A stretch of 64,000 nt of DNA from Camelus ferus. Lineage: Eukaryota. Shown in pieces: positions 13,301 through 25,853 of the stretch (positions are counted from its first letter, which is position 1; every line of letters starts with the position of its first letter). The stretch lies in assembly GCF_009834535.1 (NCBI RefSeq), contig NC_045696.1:120096001-120160000 (forward strand), in the 5' to 3' direction. The notes below the pieces were generated by a model. It saw only the letters and a program-made list of their open reading frames with translations, was not told where the DNA came from and made no database searches. A program made the position numbers and the translations under genes.

Positions 13301-15533
13301 TTTGTGAGTTTTGCCAGAGGTTTGTCGATTTTATTTACTTTTTCAAAAAAACTAGCTTTTGGTTTGATTGATTTTTCTATGGTTTTTTTAAATCTCTATT
13401 TTATTTATTTCCTCCCTAATCTTTATAATTTCCTGCCTTCTGCTGCCTTTTGGGGCTTTTTGTTCTTCTTTTTCTAGTTCTCTCAGCTGGTGGGTTAGAT
13501 TGTTTATTTGAGATTGTTCTTCTTTTTTGAGGAAGGCCTGTATCGCTATAAACTTCCCTCTTAGCACTGCCTTTGCTGTGTCCCATAGGTTTTGTGTGGT
13601 TGTGCTTTCATTTTCATTTGTCTCAAGGTACTTTTTAATTTCAGCTTTGATTTCTTCATTGACCCATTGGTTTTTTTTAATAGCATATTGTTTAATCTCC
13701 ATGCTTTCCTTTTTTGTCTCCTTTGTTTCTCTGTTGTTGATTTATAGTTTCATGGCATTGTTGTCAGTAAAGATGCTTGAGATAATTTCTATCTTCTTAA
13801 AATTGTTGAGGTTTCTTTTGTGCCCAAGGACATGATCAATCCTAGAAAATGTTCCTTGTGCATTTGAAAAGAATGTATATCCTATTTTTGGGGGTGTAAT
13901 GCTCTGAAGATATCCACCAAATCTAATTTTTCTATTGTATTATTTAATTTCTCTGTTGCCTGATTTATTTTCTGTGTGGAAGATCTGTCTAGTGATGTTA
14001 ATGCGGTGTTAAAATCTCCAGCTATGTTGTATTCCCATCAATATCCCCCTTTATCTCTGTTAGTAATTGTTTCATGTACTTAGGTGCTCCTATATTGGGT
14101 GCATATATATTAACGAGTGTAATATCCTCATCTTGTATCACTCCTTTAATCATTATAAAATGTCCTTCTTTATCTTTCTTTATGGCCTTTGTTTTAAAGT
14201 CTGTTTTGTCTGAAATCAGTACTGCTACACCTGCTGTTTTGGCTTTTCCATTTGCATGGAATATCCTTTCCCATCCTTTCACTCTCAATCTGTATGTGTC
14301 CTTCTCCCTAAAGTGGGTCTCTTGTATGCAGCATATTGAAGGTTCTTGCTTTATTATCCAGTCTGCCACTCTGTGTCTTTTGACTGGAGCATTTAGTCCA
14401 TTAACATTTACAGTAATTAATGATAGATGTGTGTTTATTGCCATTTTGAACTTATCTTTGCAGTTGATTTGGTATTTCCTCTTTGTCCCTTTCTTCTTCC
14501 TTTTGTGGTTTGGTAATTTTCCTTTGTGTTATCATGGATTTTATTTAATTTTTGTGACTCCCTTGTGAGTTTTCGGCTTGTGGTTACCCTTTTTCGTAAA
14601 TCTAGTAGACCATTACTATAACTGTTTTTATTAAACTGATAGTAACATGATCTCAAACCCATCCTACTGAGAACAAAAAAATTTAAAAAGAAAGAAAAAA
14701 ATTATATATTTCCCTGCCTCCCTCTCCCACTCTCAATGATTTGTATGTCTTCTTTTATAATTTCATGTTTATTTTATTTGTAATTCATGAGTTATCACCT
14801 TTCCAGTTGTGAGTTTATTTCTGTAGCATCCTGCTGCTTTTCTATTTAGAGTAAATGTTTCAGTATTTCTTTTAGCATGGGTTTAGTGTTGCTAAATTCT
14901 TGTAGTTTTTTCTTGTCTGTGAAATTCTTTATGTCTCCTTCTATCCTAAAGGATAGCCTTGCTGGATAGAGTATCCTAGGCTGCATCTTTTTTTCATTCA
15001 GGACTTTGAATATATCTTGCTACTCCCTTCTGGCCTGTAGTATTTGTGTAGAGAAATCAGCTGAGAGCCTTATGGGGGTTCCCTTGTAACTTATTCTTTG
15101 TTTTTCTCTTTGCTATTTTCATTTGTTTTTAATTTGTTTATCTTGTAGCTCTTCTGATTGGGTGCTTTCTATTGTCCTGTCTTCTAGGTCACTAATTCGT
15201 TCCTCTGCATTATCTAGTCTGCTTTACACAGCCTTTAGATCAGTTCTCATCTCAGCCAATGAGTTTACCAATTCTACTTGGTTCTTCTTTATAGCTTCCA
15301 TTTCATGTTTGACATATTTTATATCTCTAAACACTATCTCTTTTTGTTCCTTCAGCACTTTGATCACTTCTTTTTTGAAATCTTGATCTAGTAGGGTATC
15401 AATGTCTATTTCTTTGATCGTTCTTTCAAGGGATTTCTCTTTTCTTTTAATTGGGGATGGTTTCTCTGCTTCTTCTTCTTCTTGCTCATACCTCTCTGGC
15501 ACTGTGGTTTATGGAGTGTCAGTTATCTATTGT
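10325..15533 (-). mobile_element. 5'-truncated inactive LINE-1 (~5.2 kb) starting just upstream of ORF1, with a ~260 bp deletion inside ORF1 (junction ~15110)
   Basis: Minus-strand ORFs identical to those of the 18.7-25.9 kb L1; ORF1 N-terminal fragment at 15224..15502. Confidence 0.95.
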
Positions 15534-18500
15534 CTTCTGGTTTTCTTAAATTGAGGAAAATGCCCCTATTTTTTTTTAGTGGAAATGATCTGTTTTTAAC
15601 ACTCCTGAAATATTAAAGATGACTTGTGATTTGAGTTGATAACACCGTAAGGTAAATTCTCAGAAGTGCGAGTGCTCTAAGAGTGCATGCATTTATAATT
15701 TTGATAAATATTTCCAAACAGGTTTCTATGAGGCTGATGCCAACTTACCTTCCCACCAGCAGAGTATAGGGATCAGGCTGACCATTTTTGAACACTGCCA
15801 GATAGACACCTTCTTCATGGAAGTTTTACAATACATCTGCATATTCTTTGACACATCTCTGCTTGAGAGGTGGGGGAGATGTCCCCTCCCTCTGAATCTG
15901 GATGGACTGTGACTGTTTTGACAAATAATCACAGCAGGAGAGATACTGGCTGGTGCAGGAATTAATATTTTTGAATCAGCCTTGATCAAAATTAAGTTCA
16001 ATAGTAAGTTGTCCATACACGTGCTTCTTGAGACGACAAAGCACTGCTTTACATGGATTAGGAAGATTAGAAAATACTTACACAGCAGTTGCAAAGAAAC
16101 TGGGGTTAAAGTAATTTTTAAACTGTATCCTGTCTGCAGAAAGTTGATTTTCTGGCTAAGTCAGGTTTCTCCAAAGGCAGAGTTTCCTGTAATAGTCAAA
16201 AGTTTACTTAATATAAATAAACCTTGGAAGGACCACTGACTGGTAACTTAGAGACCATTAGTCTGTGTTACAAGGGACTTCATTTGTTAGACTATTTATT
16301 ACAGAGTACAGTGTCTATCACTTTAAACTGTAAACTGTGTTTGTCTCTGGAGGTTGAATTTGCGGCCAGCCTTGGGATCACTGATTCCTTGACTATGACC
16401 TCTTGATCTTGTTGTAATTAACTAGTCACTATATGAAAATTGAGCAATTTTTTTGGAGGCCAGGAGTGTTATTTTCCCTGGCACAAGTTCTAGCCAAGCA
16501 GACATTAAACATGTGACTTTGGCAGGTAAAGACACAAAGGAAATCCTCTTTCTCCCATGGTGGATTTGGACCTGTTTCTCTGAAACTGAATGAGGTTGTG
16601 TGACAGAATTAGTGAGCATTCTGGGTACAGGTTTGAAAATGATGATATCCTAGGAATGACCAAAAAGCCCCAGCTTTGACTGTACAAAGGCTAGGTATTT
16701 TTTTGTTTATGTTTGGTTTCTTAATCCCTTCTTGTCTCCTCTTTGTCATGGGAGCAGAAATCTCATCTCTCTAAGGAGTACAGCTTTTGGGATTAGTCTT
16801 GGATTCCAAGAGGCCAGTGGAGTACCCCTCTCACATGGATGCTTAGCTAGCATCTGGTGGTGATGATGGGGTTCTTTGTCTCTGCAGGGATCCAGTTTGT
16901 GGAGGGGAGCTAATGGAGGGGATAGTTTTAAAATCCTTGGTGCCATCCTCTCTGGCCCCAAATGAGGAAGGCCTTTATGTCAGTGTACAGGGGATGGGCA
17001 ACACTGTGGTCCTAAGCATTGCTTCCAGCTTGCCGATCAAGAGGAGATTGAGAGGAAGTCGAGGCTGATGTTACCAATGGAAGCCAGTCTGTCCATTAAT
17101 AAGCATATGTTCTTTTGATGGAGTCTCATTGCCTCATGGAGTTAACAGTGATCCATCTTCACTGCTTCTAGCATCTTACCTTCCAAAGACCCCACAAGGA
17201 TACTCTGAATCACAGATTACATTTATTGCATCATTTCCCTCCTCACTATTTCTCATCCATGAAAGGTGTGTGAGGGGTTCTTTACGTCTGAGGTTCTGCA
17301 GCCACCTGCTTTTTACACAGTTCTGATTCAATACACTAAGTTACAAATTTGTGACTAGCATTGCTGAATTCATTCTGTTAAGCATGAGTAAATGTCTTTA
17401 AGTTTTTAGAGCACCATATTGTTTTAGGAATTCCTGAACATAGCATCAAGTCTAAAAATACTTTTGCCAACTTGAAACTCCCTCTTCCTGGTTCCTTGAT
17501 AATCCCTTCCCTTCCTGAAATCACTGTAAAACTCATCTTTTATGTAAACTTCCAGGTTTTTGTAGGATCTGAATAGTGTTAATTCCTTGGTTAAATTCCA
17601 TTATCTCTGGAATGAACTCTTTCCCTGTCTGCTTTCCTGGGATCATCCCTTATCTTCTGCCATCTGCCCTCCCATCAGTGAAAGTGAAAATGGAGATACT
17701 CTTATTTGGGGCGATTTTCAACTAAAAGATCAGAGAGTATAATCAAAGTAGAGTGAGTAGATGTAATCTGTTACCCAAGAAAATGTCTATTAATTGCTTA
17801 TGTGTCCCTTGGGCAAATCATATCAGCTTTTTGGATCTCAGGTTTTCTCTGCAAAATAAGGAGGTTTGACTAGATGACCTAGTAAGATCCTTTCCAGGCC
17901 TAAATTCTGTGAATGTAGAAACATTTGCTGCAGCTGGATGTTGTATCTGGCTCTGGATTCCTGGAAACTAATAGACTAGGAAAAAATGTGGAATTATATG
18001 GTGTTCATTGTCTGACAAAAAGAAGTGCAGGCTTGCTTCTGCAGAGATGGAATAAAGCTCAGGTAAGAAAGAATAACATAGGACCCTGGAAAAAGTTTTA
18101 AGTGGGGGTGTGGTCTATGTGAAAGTCATAGTGATGATTCTGAGTTACAAATGACCAAAATTCAAAATTGAGCTAGCATGAGCAAATAAAGTAATGCACT
18201 GACTTTCACAAAAAAGAAAGAAGGAAAGGAGGGAGAGAAGGAGGAAAGGTAATGAAGGAAGGAAAGAAGGAAGGAAAAAGAAAAAAGAAAAAGTGGAAAA
18301 AGTGGATCCTTGAATGTCCTCAGGATTTCCACTCTGCTTTCCTCCATGTTTTGGGGGCTAACTGCCTCTCAAAGATGAAACCATGGCAACAGGCAACTTG
18401 AGCATTATACCTTTCAAAATTCATAACCAGAGATGTTAGGAAAAAAAATCCCAAGGAAGGATTTTGATTGGCCAGGCTTGGGTCACATGCTGATTCCTTG

Positions 18501-18729
18501 GCCAATAATCATGTGACGACTGTGTTCTGTGGTCCAGCTTTCACCGGAGCTGAGAGTGGAGTGGAAGTTTCCCATAGGGAGGGTGGTTACTAGCCCAGGT
18601 AGGCAGCTGTTTCACATTGCCATGGTTGTTCCCTTTACTCCTTCTACTCTGGGTTCAGGTCTACCAGATAAACTCACCCTTCTCAGCAGTCCATTGTATC
18701 CTCAAAGCCTCTGTCTTTTAAAAAGTTGT

Positions 18730-21700
18730 GGAGATAAGAGGCCAAGATAGTGGAGTAGAAGGACGCTCGCAGCTCACCCTCTCCCACAAATACACCAAGA
18801 CTCACATCCACAGACCCACTCAGCCAACCAGAGCACCTGCGGAACTCCGATAGAACATCGTCCTCTTCAAAAGACAGAGATGCCAAAAATCTGGTAGGAG
18901 AAAAGGAAAAAAGAAAGAAGAAAAGGCAAAACAGTGCGGGGCGGGTCCTGCAGGGAGGGGGAGGCAAAGGAAGACTGGCACTCATTCACTGGGTCTCCCC
19001 TCTTCAACCAAGAGGCCAGCGGGATGGAGGGGGAGCCTCCAAGGCTCAGATCTGTACAGATCAGCCCTTGACCAACAGAACTAAGTTAAACGGGCACAGA
19101 GGGTCACCACGACAGCCAGCCCGAGACGCAGGCTGGCAGCTGGGGGCAGGGCCAGGCTGCCCAAGCCGGGCAGAGGACAGGGACAGCTGCACTGAGGCAG
19201 CCCCGGGGGACTGTAGGGGGCTGTGTGCCGTGGCTGTGGGTGCATAGGGCAGAACAACCTGGGCCCTCCATAAAACAGCACGGCTGATGTGCCCTGAGGG
19301 GAAGGGTGCATACCCCCATCTCTGAAAACCCACGGAAAGTTTTCGGGTGAAGAGAGGCGGGGCTCAGGCACAGCCTCAGCCGCCATAACCTCCGCGCTGA
19401 ACACCCAGGTGGGTGCGGGGGCGAAACCTGCATCCGCACCTAAAGACTTAGCAGCCTCTACAGCCCGAGGCAGATAGGATCCTTCCATCCTGATCCCCAG
19501 AGAACTTGCTCCGCCAAGACAAACAAGGAGATGGGTTTTGGCCCGGAGAGCAGGGACGGGGCTGTTTCTCAGTCTTCCCCCAGCCCGCCTATGGAGTGCG
19601 CAGCAGCACAGACCTGTGGAGCGAACAGTGCCGTGACGGGGCAGGTGGCCCCCCTCCACGCCTTTCCGGCAGGAACGCAGCCCCTGAGCATGGTGCTGGG
19701 AGGGGGCGTGACCTGCCCTCCTACCTGGCCAGTCTGCAACATCTGACTGCGGCATTGGGAGGGCAGTGACCCGCCCCCCCATAGCAAAGGAGAGCTGCAC
19801 CTGACCCAGTGTTGGGAGGGGGTGCGATCTGCTTGCTGACAGGCACTAGGAGAAGCACAGATGAGGGCGCCAATGGAGGGCCTCTGGAAACAGCAAGCTG
19901 AGCTTCCAAAACACGGTGAAGACAGAAAGACTTCACATTAAGAGCACACAGTCTCCAGGAGAACAACCCCCCCCTTTTAAAAAATCTGTTTTTACCTGTT
20001 CTATTTTCTATTACCCTTTTAATTTTTATTTCTTAAACAATTATATATACTCCCAGTTTTAATCCCTTTAAAATAGTTAAAAAATATTTTTATTATTAAA
20101 ATTTTTATAAATCCACTTCATTTCATTTTCATTTCTCTTGGTTTTGATATCCTGTTATTAACTATACACAGGTTTCAAATACATTTTTCCCTCTTTTCTC
20201 CTTTTTTAAAGGTTTTTAAAAGACATCTCAACCTGATTGCTATTCTGCTTCAACTTGCTTTTCTATTATTCATTATACACTGTTTTCAAACCTTCTTTTC
20301 TCCCTTCTTTTAAAATTCTCTCTCTCTCTCTTTTTTTAAGTGTTATTCCTACATAGGCATTAGATAGATGAATAAATAAACTCCATAAGGACCACAATAG
20401 AAAACTGATACTCCATAAACCACAGTGCCAGAGAGGTATCAGCAAGATGAAGAAGCAGAGAAACCATCCCTAATTAAAAGAACAAGAGAAATCCCCTGAA
20501 AGAATGATCAATGAAATAGACATCGATAGCCTGCTAGATCAAGATTTCAAAAAAGCAGTGATCAAAGTACCGAAGGAACTAAAAGAGATAGTGTTTAGAG
20601 ATATAAAATATGTCAACAATGAAATGGAAGCTATAAAGAAGAGCCAAGTAGAATGTGTAAACTCATTGGCTGAGATGAGAACTGATCCAAAGGCTGTGCA
20701 AAGCTGACTAGATAATGCAGAGGAACGAATTAGTGACCTAGAAGACAGGACAACAGAAAGCACCCAGTCAGAACAGCTATGAGATAAACATATAAAAACA
20801 AATGAAAATAGCATAAGGGACCTATGGGATAATATAAAGCATGCCAATCTTCGCATAATAGGGGTCCCAGAAGAGGAAGAAAGATCAAAGGGGATTGAAA
20901 AGGTATTGGAAGAAATCATGACTGAAAACTTCCCAAACTTAAAGAAGGAATCAGATATCCAAGAACAGGAAGCTCAGAGGGTCTCAAACGGGAAGAATCC
21001 AAAAAGACTCACACAAAGACATATCATAACCAAGATGGCCCGAGTCAAGGATAAAGAAATGATCCTAAAGGCAGCAAGAGAAAAACAGAGTGGGTTACAA
21101 GGGAACCCCCATAAGGCTCTCAGCTGATTTATCTACACAAATACTACAGGTCAGAAGGGAGTGGCAAGATATATTCAAAGTCCTGAATGAAAAAAAGATG
21201 CAGCCTAGGATACTCTATCCAGCAAGGCTATCCTTTAGGATAGAAGGAGACATAAAGAATTTCACAGACAAGAAAAAACTACAAGAATTTAGCAACACTA
21301 AACCCATGCTAAAAGAAATACTGAAACATTTACTCTAAATAGAAAAGCAGCAGGATGCTACAGAAATAAACTCACAACTGGAAAGGTGATAACTCATGAA
21401 TTACAAATAAAATAAACATGAAATTATAAAAGAAGACATACAAATCATTGAGAGTGGGAGAGGGAGGCAGGGAAATATATAATTTTTTTCTTTCTTTTTA
21501 AATTTTTTTGTTCTCAGTAGGATGGGTTTGAGATCATGTTACTATCAGTTTAATAAAAACAGTTATAGTAATGGTCTACTAGATTTACGAAAAAGGGTAA
21601 CCACAAGCCGAAAACTCACAAGGGAGTCACAAAAATTAAATAAAATCCATGATAACACAAAGGAAAATTACCAAACCACAAAAGGAAGAAGAAAGGGACA

Positions 21701-24700
21701 AAGAGGAAATACCAAATCAACTGCAAAGATAAGTTCAAAATGGCAATAAACACACATCTATCATTAATTACTGTAAATGTTAATGGACTAAATGCTCCAG
21801 TCAAAAGACACAGAGTGGCAGACTGGATAATAAAGCAAGAACCTTCAATATGCTGCATACAAGAGACCCACTTTAGGGAGAAGGACACATACAGATTGAG
21901 AGTGAAAGGATGGGAAAGGATATTCCATGCAAATGGAAAAGCCAAAACAGCAGGTGTAGCAGTACTGATTTCAGACAAAACAGACTTTAAAACAAAGGCC
22001 ATAAAGAAAGATAAAGAAGGACATTTTATAATGATTAAAGGAGTGATACAAGATGAGGATATTACACTCGTTAATATATATGCACCCAATATAGGAGCAC
22101 CTAAGTACATGAAACAATTACTAACAGAGATAAAGGGGGATATTGATGGGAATACAACATAGCTGGAGATTTTAACACCGCATTAACATCACTAGACAGA
22201 TCTTCCACACAGAAAATAAATCAGGCAACAGAGAAATTAAATAATACAATAGAAAAATTAGATTTGGTGGATATCTTCAGAGCATTACACCCCCAAAAAT
22301 AGGATATACATTCTTTTCAAATGCACAAGGAACATTTTCTAGGATTGATCATGTCCTTGGGCACAAAAGAAACCTCAACAATTTTAAGAAGATAGAAATT
22401 ATCTCAAGCATCTTTACTGACAACAATGCCATGAAACTATAAATCAACAACAGAGAAACAAAGGAGACAAAAAAGGAAAGCATGGAGATTAAACAATATG
22501 CTATTAAAAAAAACCAATGGGTCAATGAAGAAATCAAAGCTGAAATTAAAAAGTACCTTGAGACAAATGAAAATGAAAGCACAACCACACAAAACCTATG
22601 GGACACAGCAAAGGCAGTGCTAAGAGGGAAGTTTATAGCGATACAGGCCTTCCTCAAAAAAGAAGAACAATCTCAAATAAACAATCTAACCCACCAGCTG
22701 AGAGAACTAGAAAAAGAAGAACAAAAAGCCCCAAAAGGCAGCAGAAGGCAGGAAATTATAAAGATTAGGGAGGAAATAAATAAAATAGAGATTTAAAAAA
22801 ACCATAGAAAAATCAATCAAACCAAAAGCTAGTTTTTTTGAAAAAGTAAATAAAATCGACAAACCTCTGGCAAAACTCACAAAGAACAAAAAAGATAGAG
22901 CACAAATAACCAAAATAAGAAAGGAAAATGGAGAAATTACAACAAAAAATAGAAATACAGAATATCATACGAGATTACTATGAAAAACTATACGGAACCA
23001 AACTGGATAACCTAGAGGAGATGGACAAGTTTCTGGAAACATACTGTCCACCAAGACTGAATCAAGAGGAAACTGACCACTTGAACAAACCGATCACTAG
23101 AAATGAAATCGAAATAGCAATAAAAACCTCCCTACAAATAAAAGTCCAGGACCGGACGGCTTCACCAGGGAATTCTACCAAACATACAAAGAAGAACTCA
23201 TACCAGTCCTTCTTAAACTCTCCCAGATGATTGAAAAGGAGGGAATACTCCCAAACTCATTCTATGAAGCCACCATCACCCTGATACCAAAACCAGGCAA
23301 AGACACTACCAAAAAAGAGAATTACAGGCCAATATCACTGATGAACTTAGACGCCAAAATCCTCACCAAAATATTAGCAAATAGAATCCAGCAACTCATA
23401 AAAAAGATTATACATCATGACCAAGTGGGGTTCATCCCAGGGACACAAGGGTGGTTCAGCATATGCAAATCAATGAATGTAATACATCACATCAACAAGA
23501 GAAAGGACAAAAACCACATGATCATCTCAATAGATGCAGAAAAAGCATTTGATAAAATTCAGCACCCATTTATGATAAAAACTCTCACCAAAGTGGGTAT
23601 AGAGGGAACATATCTCAACATCATATAAGCTATATATGACAAACCTACAGCCAGCATAGTACTCAATGTTGAAAGACTCAAAAGCTTCCCACCAAAATCT
23701 TGGACAAGACAAGGATGCCCACTATCACCACTCCTATTCAACATAGTCCTGAAAGTCCTAGCCACAGCAATCAGGCAAGAGAGAGAACTAAAAGGGATCC
23801 AAATTGGAAAAGGAGAGGTAAAAGTGTCACTATATGCCGATGACATGTTACTATATATAGAAAACCCTAAAAGGTCCACACAAAAACTACTAGAGCTGAT
23901 AGAAGAATTCAGCAAGGTAGTAGGTTACAAGATTAACGTTCAAAAATCAGTTGCATTTCTTTACACTAACAATGAATCAGCAGAAAAGGAAAATAAAGAA
24001 ACAATCCACTTTAAAATAGCACCCAAAGTAATAAAATACCTAGGAATAAATCTAACCAAGGAGGTGAAAGAATTATACACAGAAAACTATACACCATTGA
24101 TGAAAGAAATTAAAGAAGTCTTTAAAAAATGGAAAGATATCCCATGCTCTTGGATTGGAAGAATCAATATTGTTAAAATGGTCACACTGCCCAAGGAAAT
24201 CTACAGATTTAATGCAACCCCTATCAAATTACCCAGGACATATTTCACAGAACTAGGACAAATCATAATAAAATTTATATGGAACCATCAAAGACCTAGA
24301 ATTGCCAAAGCATTACTGAAGAGAAAGAAAGAGGCTGGAGGAATAACTCCCCAGACTTCAGACAATACTACAGAGCTATAGTCATCAAGACAGCATGGTA
24401 TTGGTACAAAAACAGATATCTAGACCAATGGAATAGAATAGAAAGCCCAGAAATGAACCCACAAACTTTTGGTCAACTAATCTTCAACAAAGGAGGCAAG
24501 AATATACAATGGAATAAAGACAGTCTCTTCAGCAAATGGAGTTGGGAAAACTGGACAGCAGCATGTAGAGCAGTGAAGCTAGAACACTCCCTCACACCAT
24601 ACACAAAAATCAACTCAAAGTGGATCAAAGACTTAAACATAAGAAAAGATACAATAAATCTCCTAGAGGAAAATATAGGCAAAACATTATCTGACATACA

Positions 24701-25853
24701 TCTCAAAAATTTTCAACCTAGAAGAAATAAAAGCAAGAATAAACAAATGGGACCTAATGAAACTTACAAGCTTCTGCACAGCAAAGGAAACCATAAGTAA
24801 AACAAAAAGACAACCTAGGGAATGGGAGAAAGTGCTTGCAAATGAAACCGACAAAGGCTTGATCTCCAGAATATATGAGCAGCTCATACGAGTTAATAAG
24901 AAACAACCAAACAACCCAATCCAAAAATGGGCAGAAGACCTAAACAAGCAATTCTCCAAGGAAGACATACAAATGATCAATAGACACATGAAAAAGTGCT
25001 CAATATCACTAATTATGAGAGAAATGCAAATCAAAACTACAATGAGGTATCACCTCACACCAGTCAGAATGGCCATCATTCAAATATCCACAAATGACAA
25101 ATGCTGGAGAGGCTGTGGAGGAAGGGGAACCCTCCTTCACTGCTGATGGGAATGCAATTGGTGCAGCCACTGTGGAAAACAGTATGGAGATTCCTCCAAA
25201 GACTAGGAATAGACTTACCATATGACCCAGGAATCCCGCTCCTGGGCATATATCCAGAAGGGACCCTACTTCAGGATGACACCTGCACCCCAATGTTCAT
25301 AGCAGCACTATTTACAATAGCCAAGACATGGAAGCAGCGTAAATGTCCATCAATGGATGACTGGATAAAGATCTGATATATTTATACAATGGAATACTAC
25401 TCAGCCATAAAAACCGACAACATACGCCATTTGCAGCAACATGGATGCTCCTGGAGAATGTCATTCTAAGTGAAGGAAGCCAGAAAGAGAAAGTAAAATA
25501 CCATATGAGCTCGCTCATATATGGAATCTAAAACACACACACACACACACACACACACAAAGCATAAATACAAAACAGAAATAGACTCATAGACGTAGAA
25601 TACAAACTTGTGGTTGCCAAGGTGGCAATAGGTGGGAAGGGATAGACTGGGATTTCAAAATTGTAGAATAGATAAACAAGATTATACTGTATAGCACAGG
25701 GAATTATATACAAGTTCTTATGGTAGCCCACGGAGAACAAAATGTGACAATGAATATGTGTATGTTCATGTATAACTGAAAAATTGTGTTGTACACTGGA
25801 ATTTGACACAACATTGTAAAATGATTATTAATCAATAAGAAATGTTTAAAAAA
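18730..25853 (+). mobile_element. Full-length (~7.1 kb) inactive LINE-1: GC-rich 5'UTR, disrupted ORF1 (~20447-21338), disrupted ORF2 (21740-~25531; EN, RT with YADD, C-terminal domain), 3'UTR and A-tail
   Basis: ORF fragments NVNGLN/CIQETH (endonuclease), [17 protein letters not shown] (RT), [11 protein letters not shown]; multiple stops and frameshifts. Confidence 0.95.

Noticed and set aside
18700..18740. Swapped TSDs between the two inverted L1s as proof of inversion
   Set aside because: The apparent aaaaagtt match is explained by the L1 3' terminal consensus; no reliable TSD was found.
19061..19966. Several long overlapping ORFs (also 57359-58480)
   Set aside because: GC-rich L1 5'UTR sequence with few stop codons; no recognisable protein.
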